A stretch of DNA of 64,000 bases, taken from assembly GCA_965112155.1 (NCBI GenBank), contig OZ218105.1, one strand, 5' to 3'. This document shows, piece by piece, positions 25,705 to 38,543 of this stretch (positions within the stretch are counted from its first letter, which is position 1; the number at the start of each line of letters is the position of its first letter). Made by a program: the position numbers and the translations under genes. The notes under the pieces were generated by a model that was not told where the DNA came from, did not search any database, and was given only the letters and a program-made list of their open reading frames with translations. The stretch is from Podarcis liolepis (lineage: Eukaryota).

Positions 25705-25875
25705 TATCGTATTGTTTTATTGCTATGGTCGATGGCTGACGCAAATGAAGATTCATTCATTCATTCATTGTGTGAGTGAACCTCATTCAACACAAGCATA
25801 CCTCACTTAGCACTTTGTTGAATCCCATCCTTAAAAATTAAATATTAGAAAACAAATTCCCAACAGTGTTCTCAC

Positions 25876-28299
25876 CTGAACCCCGTGTTGACTTTCACCT
25901 GCATGACTGGGGACTCCATCAGAATCATTGGAACTCCTTGGATTCAGCTGAGTGTTAGGAGGCTCCACAGAGAAAACAGGAAACAGGGGCCTGAGAAACC
26001 TGAACTCGCTGTTCAGAGACCCACCAGCTAAGCACACCTCATAGTTGTAAGCCTGGGATAGAGATCCAGCACCAGAATCCGCAGAGATCTCCTGGGAATC
26101 AGGTCCCACCGGGAAATTGGCTGCAGAGTTGTAGGTTCCTATGAACTTTTCACGTTTCTGCAACTTGATTACAACAAACGCCACCACAGAAATGAGAAAG
26201 ATGCTTGAGATGGCAGCCAAGCAGATGATCAAATACATCGTCAGGCTGGGGTCTTCCTCCTCCGCTGTTTCCTCCTTTGGGAGAGCCACACTTTTCAGAT
26301 AAGGGTCAGAGAAGCCGTCCACTAGGAGGATTCTGAGCGTGGCAGAGGTGGACTGGGGAGGATGGCCGTTGTCTCGGACCACCACAATCAGATTCTGCTT
26401 GAAGCTGTCTCGGTTGCTGACCGGCCTCAGGGTGGTCACTTCTCCATTCTGGGCCCCCACCGTGAACAGACCCGGCTCTGTGGCCTTCAGCAGCTGGTAG
26501 GAAAGCCAAGAGTTCTGCGCAGAATCCCTGTCCACAGCCACCACCTTGGTGACCAGGTAGCCAGTCTCTGCCCCTCGGGGAACCAGGTCATTCGAGGGGG
26601 AAGTGCCATTCTGGAGAGGGTAGAGGATGAAGGGGGCATTGTCATTTTCATCCACGACCTGAACGCGGATGGGAACTTCTGAGCTCAGTGGAGGGGAACC
26701 TGAATCCACAGCCCTCACCGTCACCTGGAAATCTTGTACTTCCTCATAATCCAGAGACCGGATGGCATACAGGTTCCCCGTTTCAGAGTTGATAGAGATG
26801 TAAGAGGATGTGGGGCCATCATTGACCTTCCCAGGCAAAAGCGAGTAGGTCACTTTGGCATTCTGCGCTGTGTCCAGATCAACAGCATGGACCGAATTGA
26901 TCAGAAGACCAGGAATATTGTTTTCTCTTAACTGCATTTCATAGAATGCCTTTTCAAAGACTGGAGGGTTGTCATTGACATCTGAGATTTGCACATGAAG
27001 TATTCTTGTGGAAGTGAGTCTGGGAGAGCCTCTGTCTGTGGCTGTAATGGTGATGTTATACTCAGAGGCTTTTTCTCTGTCCAGTGGTTGTTGGGTTACC
27101 AGCTGGTAATAGTTGTTCTCTGTGGGTTTGAGTACAAATGGCAGGTTGACTTCAGTGGTGCAGGCAGTTCTGCCACTGTCTCCAGAGTCCACATCTGTGA
27201 CACTAAAGAGGGCCACCACTGTCTCTGGGGGAGAGTCCTCAGGTAAGGGACTGGTGATGGATGTGATGGTAATCTCTGGAGCATTGTCGTTCTCATCCTC
27301 AATCTCTACAATGACTTTACAGTAAGCAGAAAGTCCCCCTCCATCTGTAGCTCTGATATTCATCTCATATTTTGGTCTTTCTTCATAATCAATTATACCT
27401 GAGATAGTAAGTTCCCCTGTCTTTTTATTTAACCTGAACAATCTCAGCACATTTTCTGGCACTTGGCTGAATGAGTAAGTGATGTGAGCATTGGAACCAA
27501 TATCCTTGTCTCTGGCTTCAACTCTTGTGACTAATGTTTCCAATGGGCTGTTTTCCATCAGTTTTTCCTGGTACACAGATTGATTAAATAGAGGAGCATT
27601 ATCATTGGTGTCCAGAACATCTATGATGATTTGTGCGGTTCCAGTTTTGCGGGGTATTCCTCCATCAACAGCTGACAGGATTAGGAAAAGCTTTGCTTCC
27701 ACCTCACGGTCTAGCAGTTTCTCTAACACCAGTTCTGCATATTTGCTACCATCACTGTGACTCTGCACATTCAACCTAAAATATTTATTAGGACTAAGTG
27801 TGTAATTCTGAACAGTATTTTCTCCTTTGTCTGAATCTTGAGCTATCTCCAAAGGGAATACTGTATTTATGTGAGTTTGCTCAGGTATTTCAAAAATAAA
27901 TTGATCTTTCGAGAATTTGGGGGAATTATCATTCACATCCTCTATTTGAACTTCAATTCTATATAGCTTCAATGGATCTTCTAGCACAATTTCAGAGAGC
28001 AGAACACAATGGTCATTCTGACCACAGAGAGCCTCTCGATCTATTCTATCCTTTAATACCATGTTGCCAGAATGAGGATCCAGCTGGAAATACTGCTTGC
28101 TGCTCTTAGAAACCAGCCGGGCTCTCCGAGCAGACAGCTCCTTTGCATCCACTTTCAAATCTTTCAGCACATTAGCCACCAAGGACCCTGTTTTCCTTTC
28201 CTCTGGCACTGAATAGTGGATGGAATTGCATATTGCCCCATACATGCAGAGAGACAGAAAGAAAAAAGTCACTTGCCTGTTCCTGTTATTCATTTCCAT
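25876..28299 (-). CDS. PCDHB: Protocadherin beta-type exon, subfamily A, last beta gene before gamma
   Basis: Likely ATG at 28299 (MEMNNRNRQV; the ORF-track start at 28386 is GTG). Beta signatures ILYPLQNGTSPSNDLVPRGAETGYL and YNYEVCLAGGSLNSEFRFLRP. Donor CAG|GTGAGA at 25876. Read-through stop at 25831. Confidence 0.95.
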
Positions 28300-28500
28300 T
28301 GTTCCAGATTCACTCAAGACAGATTGAACCACAGAAAAATATGTTAGCTGTATCCCTTTGCTGTATTTATTCCTGAAAATGCACACCGCTGTCTCCCTCC
28401 TCCTGATTTTTTTTGCAATGAAGACCCGTATCTCTTTTGCTTCCAGATTGTTTTGCCCTTGTCTATGCTTTCCAAAGATTAATCTTTTAAGAATATGTGC

Positions 28501-28545
28501 TGTGCAATGGCACCATCTTGTGTTTGAAATACATATAACTGCAAT
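28501..28545 (-). promoter_or_regulatory. Beta promoter CSE / CTCF-like motif
   Basis: Minus strand attgcagttatatgtatttcaaACACAAGATGGTGCCAttgcaca, ~210 bp upstream of the ATG. Confidence 0.7.
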
Positions 28546-31500
28546 CTTTGTCAGTTAGCTGGTCCCCACCCCTTACTATTAATATCTATACAAAAGTTCC
28601 TTATAGAGAAAGATATGGATGCAGATCTTGGGGTTTGCAGTTAATGTGAGCCTGTTTGTGAAGGTGAATAGATAACATTGACCCCATATTAACTGGAAGG
28701 TACGGAATGTGTATACAAATTCATTATATGAACATGGAATTTTGTACACAGCTCAGGCCATCACTCAACTAAAGCCAGATAATGTAAACTAACCTCTGGA
28801 TACATTTCACACATTAATGAGACAATATCTGAAAGATACAAACAATTGCCAATAAGGCAAATGTTAAGGCAAATGGGGTACTGCCCCATCCACCTCTCTG
28901 CCTTGATTCTTACATACTACCAGTTCTGGAGGTGGCACCGCTCCTCACATTCTTCCCACTTAGTTTCAGTGTTGCTCTTGCAGACCTCAGAATGGAGTTT
29001 GGATCTTGCTATCATTAGTTCTGGCTCCACCTACTGTTGGTCTCCCTGCCTTCTGCCCTACCAGTCCCAATAGATATGGTGGTGTTAGCTGTATATATGG
29101 GTGGCACCGTGCAAGGAGGGTAGAGGTCGCAAGCAGGAAATTTAAGTTAGTCATGCTTTACCTGGCGCTCTGTCAATCCCACATGGTGTCAGAATGGAGA
29201 CTATCTATGTTCCCTGCAGTGTTCTGACAGCCTCACAAAACAGAAAGGTAGTCACAGGTTAACACTCAGAGAATACTAGGAGGCCCAGCTACTGCAGCCA
29301 CAGTGTTTATCTCTCAAAATACAGGCAAAAGAGAGGCCTGGAAACTGAGAGTACCTGCAGGAAGGCTCTCCTGGCGCAGCTACTGACGGGATATCACTCC
29401 AGAAAAGGAGGAAAGAAAACAGAGGGAGCGGCGAGACCTGGAACTAAGAGAGTCTCCAATGACCCATAAAGGTGAGTCCAAGCCATCTATGACCCCTCTG
29501 AACAGGGCTACTCCATCCCTGGCTGATTTCCACATTGCACAAATAATTTGATTTCCAGCACTCTGAAGGCTGCCCACTTTAGATAAGCAGATTCCAAAGG
29601 TTCTTCCAGACATCTGGACACAGGAACAGCAAGTAAACACTCTTTTGTGCACTATGGAGCCAGCAGTAGGGAATATAATCCTCCCAAGGAGACTCACAAA
29701 TGTCGAGATATAACTGTTTTAAAACAGACAAAGAAGAGCTAGAGAAGCACTTTCTACCTCATTGCAAAGTAATTTTTGAGCCGGTCTAATTCCACTCTCG
29801 CAAGCAGGATGGTCAAAGAAAGAAAACTTGGGAGTCAGCAGGAGGTTGCAGACCTAGACACTACAAACTAACTTATGTGATGTTAACCTGGCAAAGGGAA
29901 GGAATACAGCAGGTAACCCAAAGACTGCCCTTAGTGTGGCAAGTCACCCTACAGCAAGAAGACAGTCAGACAGAAAAGGGGGCATTATGCTGCAGTGTGC
30001 TGTTCTAAACACATCATAGCACTGGTTCTCCAAAAAGACCACCTGGGAGCCATTGGCTATGGTCAGAATGAGCCTCCATGGATTACCACCATTGTCTTGG
30101 GAGAGCTTTCGATTGAATTTAAAATTGTCATGGGGCAGGTGTCAAAGTGACCCCAACTTCATTGTATAGGAAGCTAAAGGCTTCTACTTTGTCTTTATTT
30201 TGCTCTCAGAAGGGTTTGGGTCCTTCTGTAAAGTAAAGCATTCTGGGGGAGGTTGCCCAGGAAAATGCCTGTACCACATCTACTTTTCAGAAACAGCTAA
30301 ACATCCTTTAAAAATGTTGGAATCCTAGAAGCCAAGACCCCAGTTTTGGGCAAGGACTCTTTGGTGAGAGAACCTCAGCAGAGATTTAACATCACACAAC
30401 AAGCAGCAGAGAAAAACATGGAAATTTAAGGAAAACCTTAAAATGTGCCCTTCAAGTAAGTCCCCAAATGTCCAGTTTTCAAAGTTCTTTTCACTGTATC
30501 CCATTTCCCTAGCATATCAACCACATGTTTTGCAAGCCATAACATGGTTTACTAGCAAAACTCTTCAGAGGTCAGATTCATGTGTTTTTCCATACAGCAG
30601 CCAGAAAAGATGCACAATCAGTTAAAACATTGCTTAGCTATAAAAGGTAAAAGTTTCTAAATATTGATAGACACAAACACTAGTTTGAGCCTCTGTTCTG
30701 GTATGAAACAAAAAATGCTGGTTAAAACCATGAGGGTAGAATGGCCTCCTTACAACAAAGGCTTCTTCACCCATTTCCTCTCCAGGTGAGCAGTGATGAC
30801 TGCCTGGCAGGACAGCTTACTCTACGGTTTAACCCCTTCATGTGCTATCTAGATTCAAACACCCTAGAGGTATATGTGACTGGAACCCTACCATCAAAAC
30901 AACTACTTAAAAATTTAGAGAGAATGACTAACCACTAGAGCTGTATGTTGACTGTGCATGAAGCACAAATTCCGAGGTGTTCATGGGTAATTTGGGTGAG
31001 ATTTTCACACACTTGATTGTGTCATTAACAAGGTGGCTGGAGTTGGAGCAGAACTGCTTAAAGTCCTGAGTCTTAGTCTGCAACTTTGTTTTTAGTTTTT
31101 TATAAAAGAAGAAGTCAGTAACTTAGTCATCTATAAAGCAAAATGTTGAGAGAATGTTCTAGGGTTTATTAGGCAGATATGGAGGTGCTGCAATTGCTAA
31201 GGTCACTTTGTTACGTTGCTAAGCAATCAGAAGTAAGGCATTCTCTCTATCTTTGCTATCTTTCAACAGGAACAGCCTGCAGTGAGAGGTACAGCAATGG
31301 GAATAAAGCAAATTATGGCTAGCACCTTTAGTATACAGTATGTCTATCTTACAAATATTGATTAAGGCAAGCATTTTCTTTTATGGAAATACAATTATGG
31401 ATAAAGCTTCACCCTTTGACATTCTGTCTGTCAGGCAACTTATTACCTGTGTGATGTACTTTTGAACCTTTTACTTAAGAACAGCAGCTTGTGACATTAT

Positions 31501-31845
31501 GAATGCTGAAAACATGTTGAGACTGAATTGAGACTTGAACTGGACAAATTCATTTTGTAAAGGGACAAACTGGAACTAGAACTAATCCCTTTTTGGACAG
31601 GATAAAGTAAAACTTTCCAAGCACTGCTAGTAACATGCAGAAGCTTAAATCAATTACAGAAACATAGCATTAATTCATAAATTAATTGGTTAAAAAATAA
31701 GTGCAATCTAGAAACTTCCTTTATATCTTAATACCTAAATATAATGTTTTCCTTTTCATATCAGGTTATTAAATGTGGTCAGCTTCTTCATTAACCAGAT
31801 ATAAATTGGATATGTTCTTTGATATCAAGTAGGCAGTGAGGTTAC

Positions 31846-32200
31846 GGGATGCGGGTGGCGCTGTGGTTCAAACCACAGAGCCTAGGGCTTGCCGATCAGA
31901 AGGTCGGCAGTTCGAATCCCCACCACGGGGTGAGCTCCCATTGCTCGGTCCATGCTCCTGCCAACCTAGCAGTCTGAAAGCACGTCAAAGTTCAAGTGGA
32001 TTAATAGGTACCACTCCGGCGGGAAGGTAAACGGCTTTTCCGTGCACTGCTCTGGTTCACCAGAAGCGGCTTAGTCATGCTGGCCACATGACCTGGAAGC
32101 TGTACGCCAGCTCCCTCGGCCAGTAAAGCGAGATGACCGCCGCAACCCCAGAGTCGGCCACGACCGGACCTAATGGTCAGGTGTCCCTTTACCTCCCTTT
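31846..32200 (+). mobile_element. Sauria SINE, full length
   Basis: Typical body. 15-bp TSD taggcagtgaggtta at 31830-31844 and 32201-32215. Confidence 0.92.
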
Positions 32201-32825
32201 TAGGCAGTGAGGTTAACCAATTAAATTTCAGATATTGACAGTATGGAAGAACTGAAACACTTAAAAAAATAATTCTGAATTCCTGGAACAGTTTTAGGAT
32301 TGAGAGAGATGTTTCTGCACTTTCCTGGTAAACAAGGCAAGAGTTTTTAAAGTTTACGAGAAGCTTGTAAGCATTCAGAAAAGGTGGGATCATAAGACTG
32401 ATGTTCAGGAGAGAAATGGAGAAATCATTGGGTTCTACATCACTTGGTCCTACGAATTTGGATATTAGTCCTACCCACTTCGGCCTTGGAGGCTTGGCCA
32501 GAGAAGAATGTGGTCCTTGACTGGAAGGTCCCCAACCCCCTGTTCTACAGAGAAGTAAAAAAAAAATCAATGCCCTGAAAAATAAAAATAACAGAAGATC
32601 AAAGAAAGGTTCAAGGGAACTAAAATGGCTCCAAGTGAAGAGAGTAGGTGGGTTAAAAAAGAAAGGCAAGAACAAATATTATTAAATGGCTATAAAAGAG
32701 GCATTTCAAAATTTACAAACTGCAACATAAAGAATTAACCAAAATAGGATGATGTGAAGAAACAGAGAAGAAAAGTCACTTGTGATGTAATATGCTTTCT
32801 TCGACTATAATTACTAATTGCTCAC

Positions 32826-35246
32826 CTCTTTCCCTGATTCTTCTTTCCCCGCCTGGTCAGGAATATCTTGGGAAGCAGACGGAGGGGTCTGGTTCACACT
32901 GAGGTTTGGGTCCCCCACAGAAAAAACAGGAATGAGGGGCCTGAGGAACCTGAACTCGCTGCTCAAGGACCCACCGGTTAAGCACACATCGTAGTGGTAA
33001 CTCCTGGAAAGAGACCCGCTCTGAGAATCGCCACCGTTCTCTGGGATGTCGGGTCTGGCAGGTGGGAAGTGAGGAGGGGCAGCGATAAAACTTTCCCTGG
33101 GATCCCTCCTGCAGATCTTGATGGCAGCAAAGGAAACAATGCAAACAAGGAACACAAAGGAGACTGCAGCCAGGCAGATCACCAAGTACAAGGTCAAGGT
33201 CCCATCTTCTTCGTGCTCCTCTTTACTGACCTCCACAGCCTTCATATAAGGATCCGAAAAGCCACCCACGGGAAGGACATGGAGCATGGCAGTGCTGCTC
33301 TGGGGAGGGAGCCCGTTGTCCCTGACCACTATCAGGAGTCTCTGCTTGCTGGTGTCTCGCTCGCTCAGGGCTCTCCTGGTTCTCACTTCCCCATTCTGGG
33401 CTCCTATGCTGAAAAGACCAGGGTCTGTGGCCTTCAGCAGCTCATAGGAAAGCCACGAGTTCTGGCCAGAATCTCCATCCACAGCCACCACCTTGGTGAC
33501 CAGGTAGCCAGCCTCCACCGAATTGGGGACCAGCTCATTGCAGGGGGATGTGCTGTTCTGAAGAGGGTAGAGGAAGAAGGGAGCGTTGTCGTTTTCGTCT
33601 AGGATTATGACTCGGACAGTAACTTCTGAGCTGAGGGGAGGAGACCCTCCATCTGTAGCCCTCACCGTCACTTTGAAATCTTTGATCTGCTCGTAATCCA
33701 GAGATCGGAGGGCATACAGATTTCCGCTTTCAGAGTTGACCGAGATGTAAGAGGCCACAAGGCCATCAGTGACCTTCCCAGGCAAAAGGGAGTAGGTGAC
33801 CTTGGCATTCTTCTCAGTGTCCAGATCAGCAGCATGGACTGAGCCAATGAGCAGTCCTGGAATATTGTTTTCCCGTATCTGCATTTCACATGAAGACTTT
33901 TCAAATACTGGAGGGTTGTCATTGACATCTGAGATCTGAACATTAATCATTCTTGTTGAAGTGAGCCTGGGGGAGCCTTGGTCAACGGCTGTGATGGTGA
34001 TATTATATTCCGGGACCTTCTCTCTGTCCAGGTAGCTTTGGACCACAAGCTGGTAATAGTTATTCATAGTGGGTTTTAAAACAAAGGGAAGGTTTACCTC
34101 CACAGAACACACAGTTCTGCCGTTTTCTCCGGAGTCTCGGTCTGCGACACTGAAGAGAGCCACAAGTGTCTCCAGGGGAGAATCCTCTGCCAAAGGACTA
34201 GTGATGGATATGATGGACACTTCAGGGACATTGTCATTCACGTCTTCAATCTCTACCAGAACCTTGCAGTGACCTGAAAGATCCCCTCCATCTGTTGCTC
34301 TGATGCTCATGCTGTAACTGGTTTCTTTTTCATAATCAATTTGTCCCAAAACAGTTATTTCCCCAGTGAGATCATTTAAGTGGAAGCAACGGTGTATTTT
34401 TTCAGGTACCCGATCAAATGAATAGGTGATCTGTGCATTTGAACCAAAATCTGAATCTCTGGCTTCTACTTTGGAGACCAGGGTGTCCCTAGGGCTGTTT
34501 TCCTTTAACCTTACTTTATATTCAGAATGAGTAAACTGAGGAAAATTATCATTGATGTCCAAAACCTTGATATTTATCTGAACTGTGCCTGTTCTCTGTG
34601 GCTCCCCTCCATCCACAGCTGTGAGAGTCAGTCCAAACTCTGCTGCTTCTTCCCTATCTAGAGGTTTCACCAAAATAAGGTCCAAATATTTGTTTCCACT
34701 TTCATCACTTTTTACTTGGAGCCAGAAATGCTCATTGGAACTGAGAGTGTAGTTTTGGACGTTATTTTTATCCAAATCTGTATCTTGTGCAGATTCCAAA
34801 GGGAATTGGGTGTTGATAGGGACATTCTCTGGAATATATAGCTTGAATTCCTTTTTTGAGAATTTGGGAGTATTGTCATTTACATCTTTTATCTCTATCT
34901 CTATACTGTAGATTTTTAAGGGGTTTTGGAGCACAATTTCAGAGAGCAGCAAGCAAGGATCAGTCTCACCACACAAAGCTTCCCTGTCTACTTTATCATT
35001 TATCAGCAGATTCCCAGAGTGGGTATCAAGGTGGAAATATTGCTGTGTGCTTTCGGACACTAGCTGGGCTCTGCGAGCAGACAGCTCCCCTTTTCCCAGT
35101 TTCAAATCCTTCAGCACATTAGCCACCAGAAATCCACTTTTCTTTTCTTCAGGCACAGAATAGCGTATTGAGATACATATCACTCTAGACACAAAGAGGA
35201 AGAGGAAGAGATACAGACCTTGCCTGTTCCTGATGCAGTCTTCCAT
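32826..35246 (-). CDS. PCDHB: Protocadherin beta-type exon, subfamily B
   Basis: ATG at 35246 (ACCATGG; MEDCIRNRQG). Signatures FFLYPLQNSTSPCNELVP and YHYDVCLTGGSLSSEFRFLRP. Donor GAG|GTGAGC at 32826. Read-through stop at 32814. Confidence 0.95.
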
Positions 35247-35500
35247 GGTTTCTCTCCCTTCTTGGTAAGATATATAGGTTCTGGCCAAAAGACCAATTTT
35301 ACGGATTTCTCCTGTGGCTCCCTGTGCTGTTGTGTAAATTGTTTCTTTTTCCTCCTGTCGTGGTCAATGCTTGCTCCCTTGAATTTTGTATTTCCTTTCT
35401 AGAAAAGGAGTCTGCACCTCTCTAGTTCAGTTTTCTCTGTTCACAGCTTCCCCTCAGTGCTGCTACAATGGTATATTGTGAATAAAAAATAATGTGCTTG

Positions 35501-35524
35501 CCAATATTGCCACCTTGTGGTTCA
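35501..35524 (-). promoter_or_regulatory. Beta promoter CSE / CTCF motif
   Basis: Minus strand CCACAAGGTGGCAATattgg, close to the CTCF core consensus. Confidence 0.8.
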
Positions 35525-35823
35525 TCTAAGAAAAATGTGTTACTAGCCTATAAAGTCCATTTAACAGCAGGCCAGTGAAAATTGAGTTTAGATTCATGCT
35601 CATTTAACTGTTAGCTCATGTGTACATGCGATCATAATTTTCTTAATCATGCCAATAAATAGGAAAAGAATAATTTGATAAGTACATTACATTTCAAACC
35701 TTACTTACATTTCCGCGTATCCTGTTCTTTCAGTGAGCATAAGTCATCAACCAAGTATCATTGATTGAATATAATTATTTTTATTCATTCAGAATATAAT
35801 CATATTATACTAATTATCCTCAC

Positions 35824-38247
35824 CTGACATCTCAGACGCGTTTCTTCTTCATTACAAGGCACTTCTTGGGACCCACTGGAACTCCTTGGATTCACCTGAG
35901 TGTTAGGAGGCTCCACAGAGAAAACAGGAAACAGGGGCCTGAGAAACCGGAACTCGCTGTTCAGAGACCCACCAGCTAAGCACACCTCATAGTTGTAAGC
36001 CTGGGATAGAGATCCAGCGCCAGAATCCGCAGAGTTCTCCTGGGAATCAGGTCCCACCGGGAAATTGGCTCCAGAGTTGTAGGTTCCTATGAACTTTTCA
36101 CGTTTCTGCAACTTGATTACAACAAAGGCCACTACAGAAATGAGAAAGATGCTTGAGATGGCAGCCAAGCAGATGATCAAATACATCGTCAGGCTGGGGT
36201 CTTCCTCCTCCACTGTTTCCTCCTTTGGGAGAGCCACACTTTTCAGATAAGGGTCAGAGAAGCCGTCCACTAGGAGGATTCTGAGCGTGGCAGAGGTGGA
36301 CTGGGGAGGATGGCCGTTGTCTCGGACCACCACAATCAGATTCTGCTTGAAGCTGTCTCGGTTGCTGACCGGCCTCAGGGTGGTCACTTCTCCATTCTGG
36401 GCCCCCACCGTGAACAGACCCGGCTCTGTGGCCTTCAGCAGCTGGTAGGAAAGCCAAGAGTTCTGCGCAGAATCCCTGTCCACAGCCACCACCTTGGTGA
36501 CCAGGTAGCCAGTCTCTGCCCCTCGGGGAACCAGGTCATTCGAGGGGGAAGTGCCATTCTGGAGAGGGTAGAGGATGAAGGGGGCATTGTCATTTTCATC
36601 CACGACCTGAACGCGGATGGGAACTTCGGAGCTCAGTGGAGGGGAACCTGAATCCACAGCCCTCACCGTCACCTGGAAATCTTTCACTTCCTCATAATCC
36701 AGAGACCGGATGGCATACAGGTTCCCCGTTTCAGAGTTGATGGAGATGTAAGAGGATGTGGGGCCATCATTGACCTTCCCAGGCAAAAGCGAGTAGGTCA
36801 CTTTGGCATTCTGTGCTGTGTCCGGATCAACAGCATGGACGTAACCAATCAGAAGACCAGGAATATTGTTTTCTCTTAACTGCATTTCATAGAATGGCTT
36901 TTCAAAGACTGGAGGGTTGTCATTGACATCTGAGATTTGAACATGAAGTATTCTTGTGGAAGTGAGTCTGGGAGAGCCCCTGTCAGTGGCTGTGATGGTG
37001 ATGTTATACTCAGAGGCTTGTTCTCTGTCCAGTGGTTGTTGGGTCACCAGCTGGTAATAGTTGTTCTCCGTGGGTTTGAGCACAAATGGCAGGTTGACTT
37101 CAGTGGTGCAGGCAGTTCTGCCACTGTCCCCAGAGTCCACATCTGTGACACTGAAGAGGGCCACCACTGTGTCTGGGGGAGAGTCCTCAGGTAAGGGACT
37201 GGTGATGGATGTGATGGTAATCTCTGGAGCATTGTCGTTCTCATCCTCAATCTCCACAATGACTTTACAGTAAGCAGAAAGTCCCCCTCCATCTGTAGCT
37301 CTGATGTTCATCTCATAATTTGTGTTTTCTTCATAATCAATTGTTGCTGCAGTAGTAAGTTCCCCAGAGTGTTTGTTTAACTTGAACATTCTCAACACAT
37401 TTTCTGAGACTTGCCTGAATGAATAAGTGATATGTGCAAAGGAACCAAGATCCCTGTCAGTGGCTTCAACTTTGGTGACCAGTGTACCTGGTGGAATGTT
37501 TTCCAGTAGTTGCACATTATATACAGATTTATTAAAGTGAGGGGCATTGTCATTGGTGTCCAGAACTTGAACAATAATTTGTGTACTTCCGCTTCTTCTT
37601 GGGATCCCTCCATCAACAGCTGATAGCATTAATGTAATCTGTGGCTTCTCCTCACGGTCCAAAGGCTTTTCTAATACCAGTTCTGCATATTTGCCACCAT
37701 CAGTGTGACTTTCCACCTCCAGTCTAAAATGTTCATTTGGACTAAGAGTATAGTTCTGAATAGTATTTTCACCTTTGTCTGAATCTTCAGCTTTTTCCAA
37801 AAGGAATCGGGTATTCGTGGGTGTCTGCTCAGGTATTTCCAAGACAAATTGTTTTTCAGAGAATATGGGGGAATTATCATTCACGTCCTCTATTTCAATC
37901 TCAATTCTGTGCAGCTGCCATGGCTTTTCCAGCACCATTTCACAAAGCAGAACACAAGGGTCATTCTGACCACACAGGGACTCTCGGTCTATTTTATCTT
38001 TTATTATCACATCCCCAGATTGGGAATCCAGCTCAAAATACTGCTTGGCAGTCTTAGAAAGCAGCTGCGCTCTCCGAGCAGACAGCTCCTTTACTTCCAT
38101 TTTCAAATCTTTCAGCAGATTAGCCACCAGAGACCCACTTTTCTTTTCCTCAGGCACTGAATAGCGGAAGGACTCACACACCACACCACAGGTACACAGA
38201 CAGATAAAGAAGAGACAAACTTGCCTGCTATAATGGAGGATTTTCAT
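35824..38247 (-). CDS. PCDHB: Protocadherin beta-type exon, subfamily A
   Basis: ATG at 38247 (MKILHYSRQV; the upstream ORF extension starts at GTG). Donor CAG|GTGAGG at 35824. Read-through stop at 35800. Confidence 0.95.
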
Positions 38248-38503
38248 TTTCTTTCCCAGCTTTGTTCTCAAGGCAGATTGGAATCCAAGGTGCCTCTTTG
38301 TAAAGCAGTTGCCAGAATTGCCCTTTTCTCTGTTATAAGGTCCCGTTGTTGCCCTTGTTTCATGAAGTAGATGCAGCAGTGCTTGCCTCCTACAGATTCT
38401 GCCGATTTTGTTGCAATCAAGAGCTGCTACCCCTTTTTCAGATTCCTTTCTTCTAATGGTCACAGCTTCCTGACACGGCGCAGCAGCTCTGATTTCTACT
38501 GCC

Positions 38504-38543
38504 TGTGCAATTGCACCACCTTGTGTTAGAAGTTAAATGCAGC
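38504..38543 (-). promoter_or_regulatory. Beta promoter CSE / CTCF-like motif
   Basis: Minus strand ctgcatttaacttctaACACAAGGTGGTGCAAttgcaca. Confidence 0.72.

Noticed and set aside
26533-26555. Exonic CACCAAGGTGGTGG resembling the beta CSE (possible exonic CTCF site)
   Set aside because: It encodes the universally conserved VTKVVAV peptide and is a weak match to the CTCF core, so coding constraint explains it.
32001-32675. 224-aa minus-strand ORF
   Set aside because: Runs through an A-rich tract and a Sauria SINE. No protein family features.
38248-38463. 72-codon N-terminal extension of the 887-aa ORF (similar extensions at 28386, 35288, 45770)
   Set aside because: They begin at GTG or TTG, are not conserved among paralogs and precede the signal peptide. 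The downstream ATGs align across copies.
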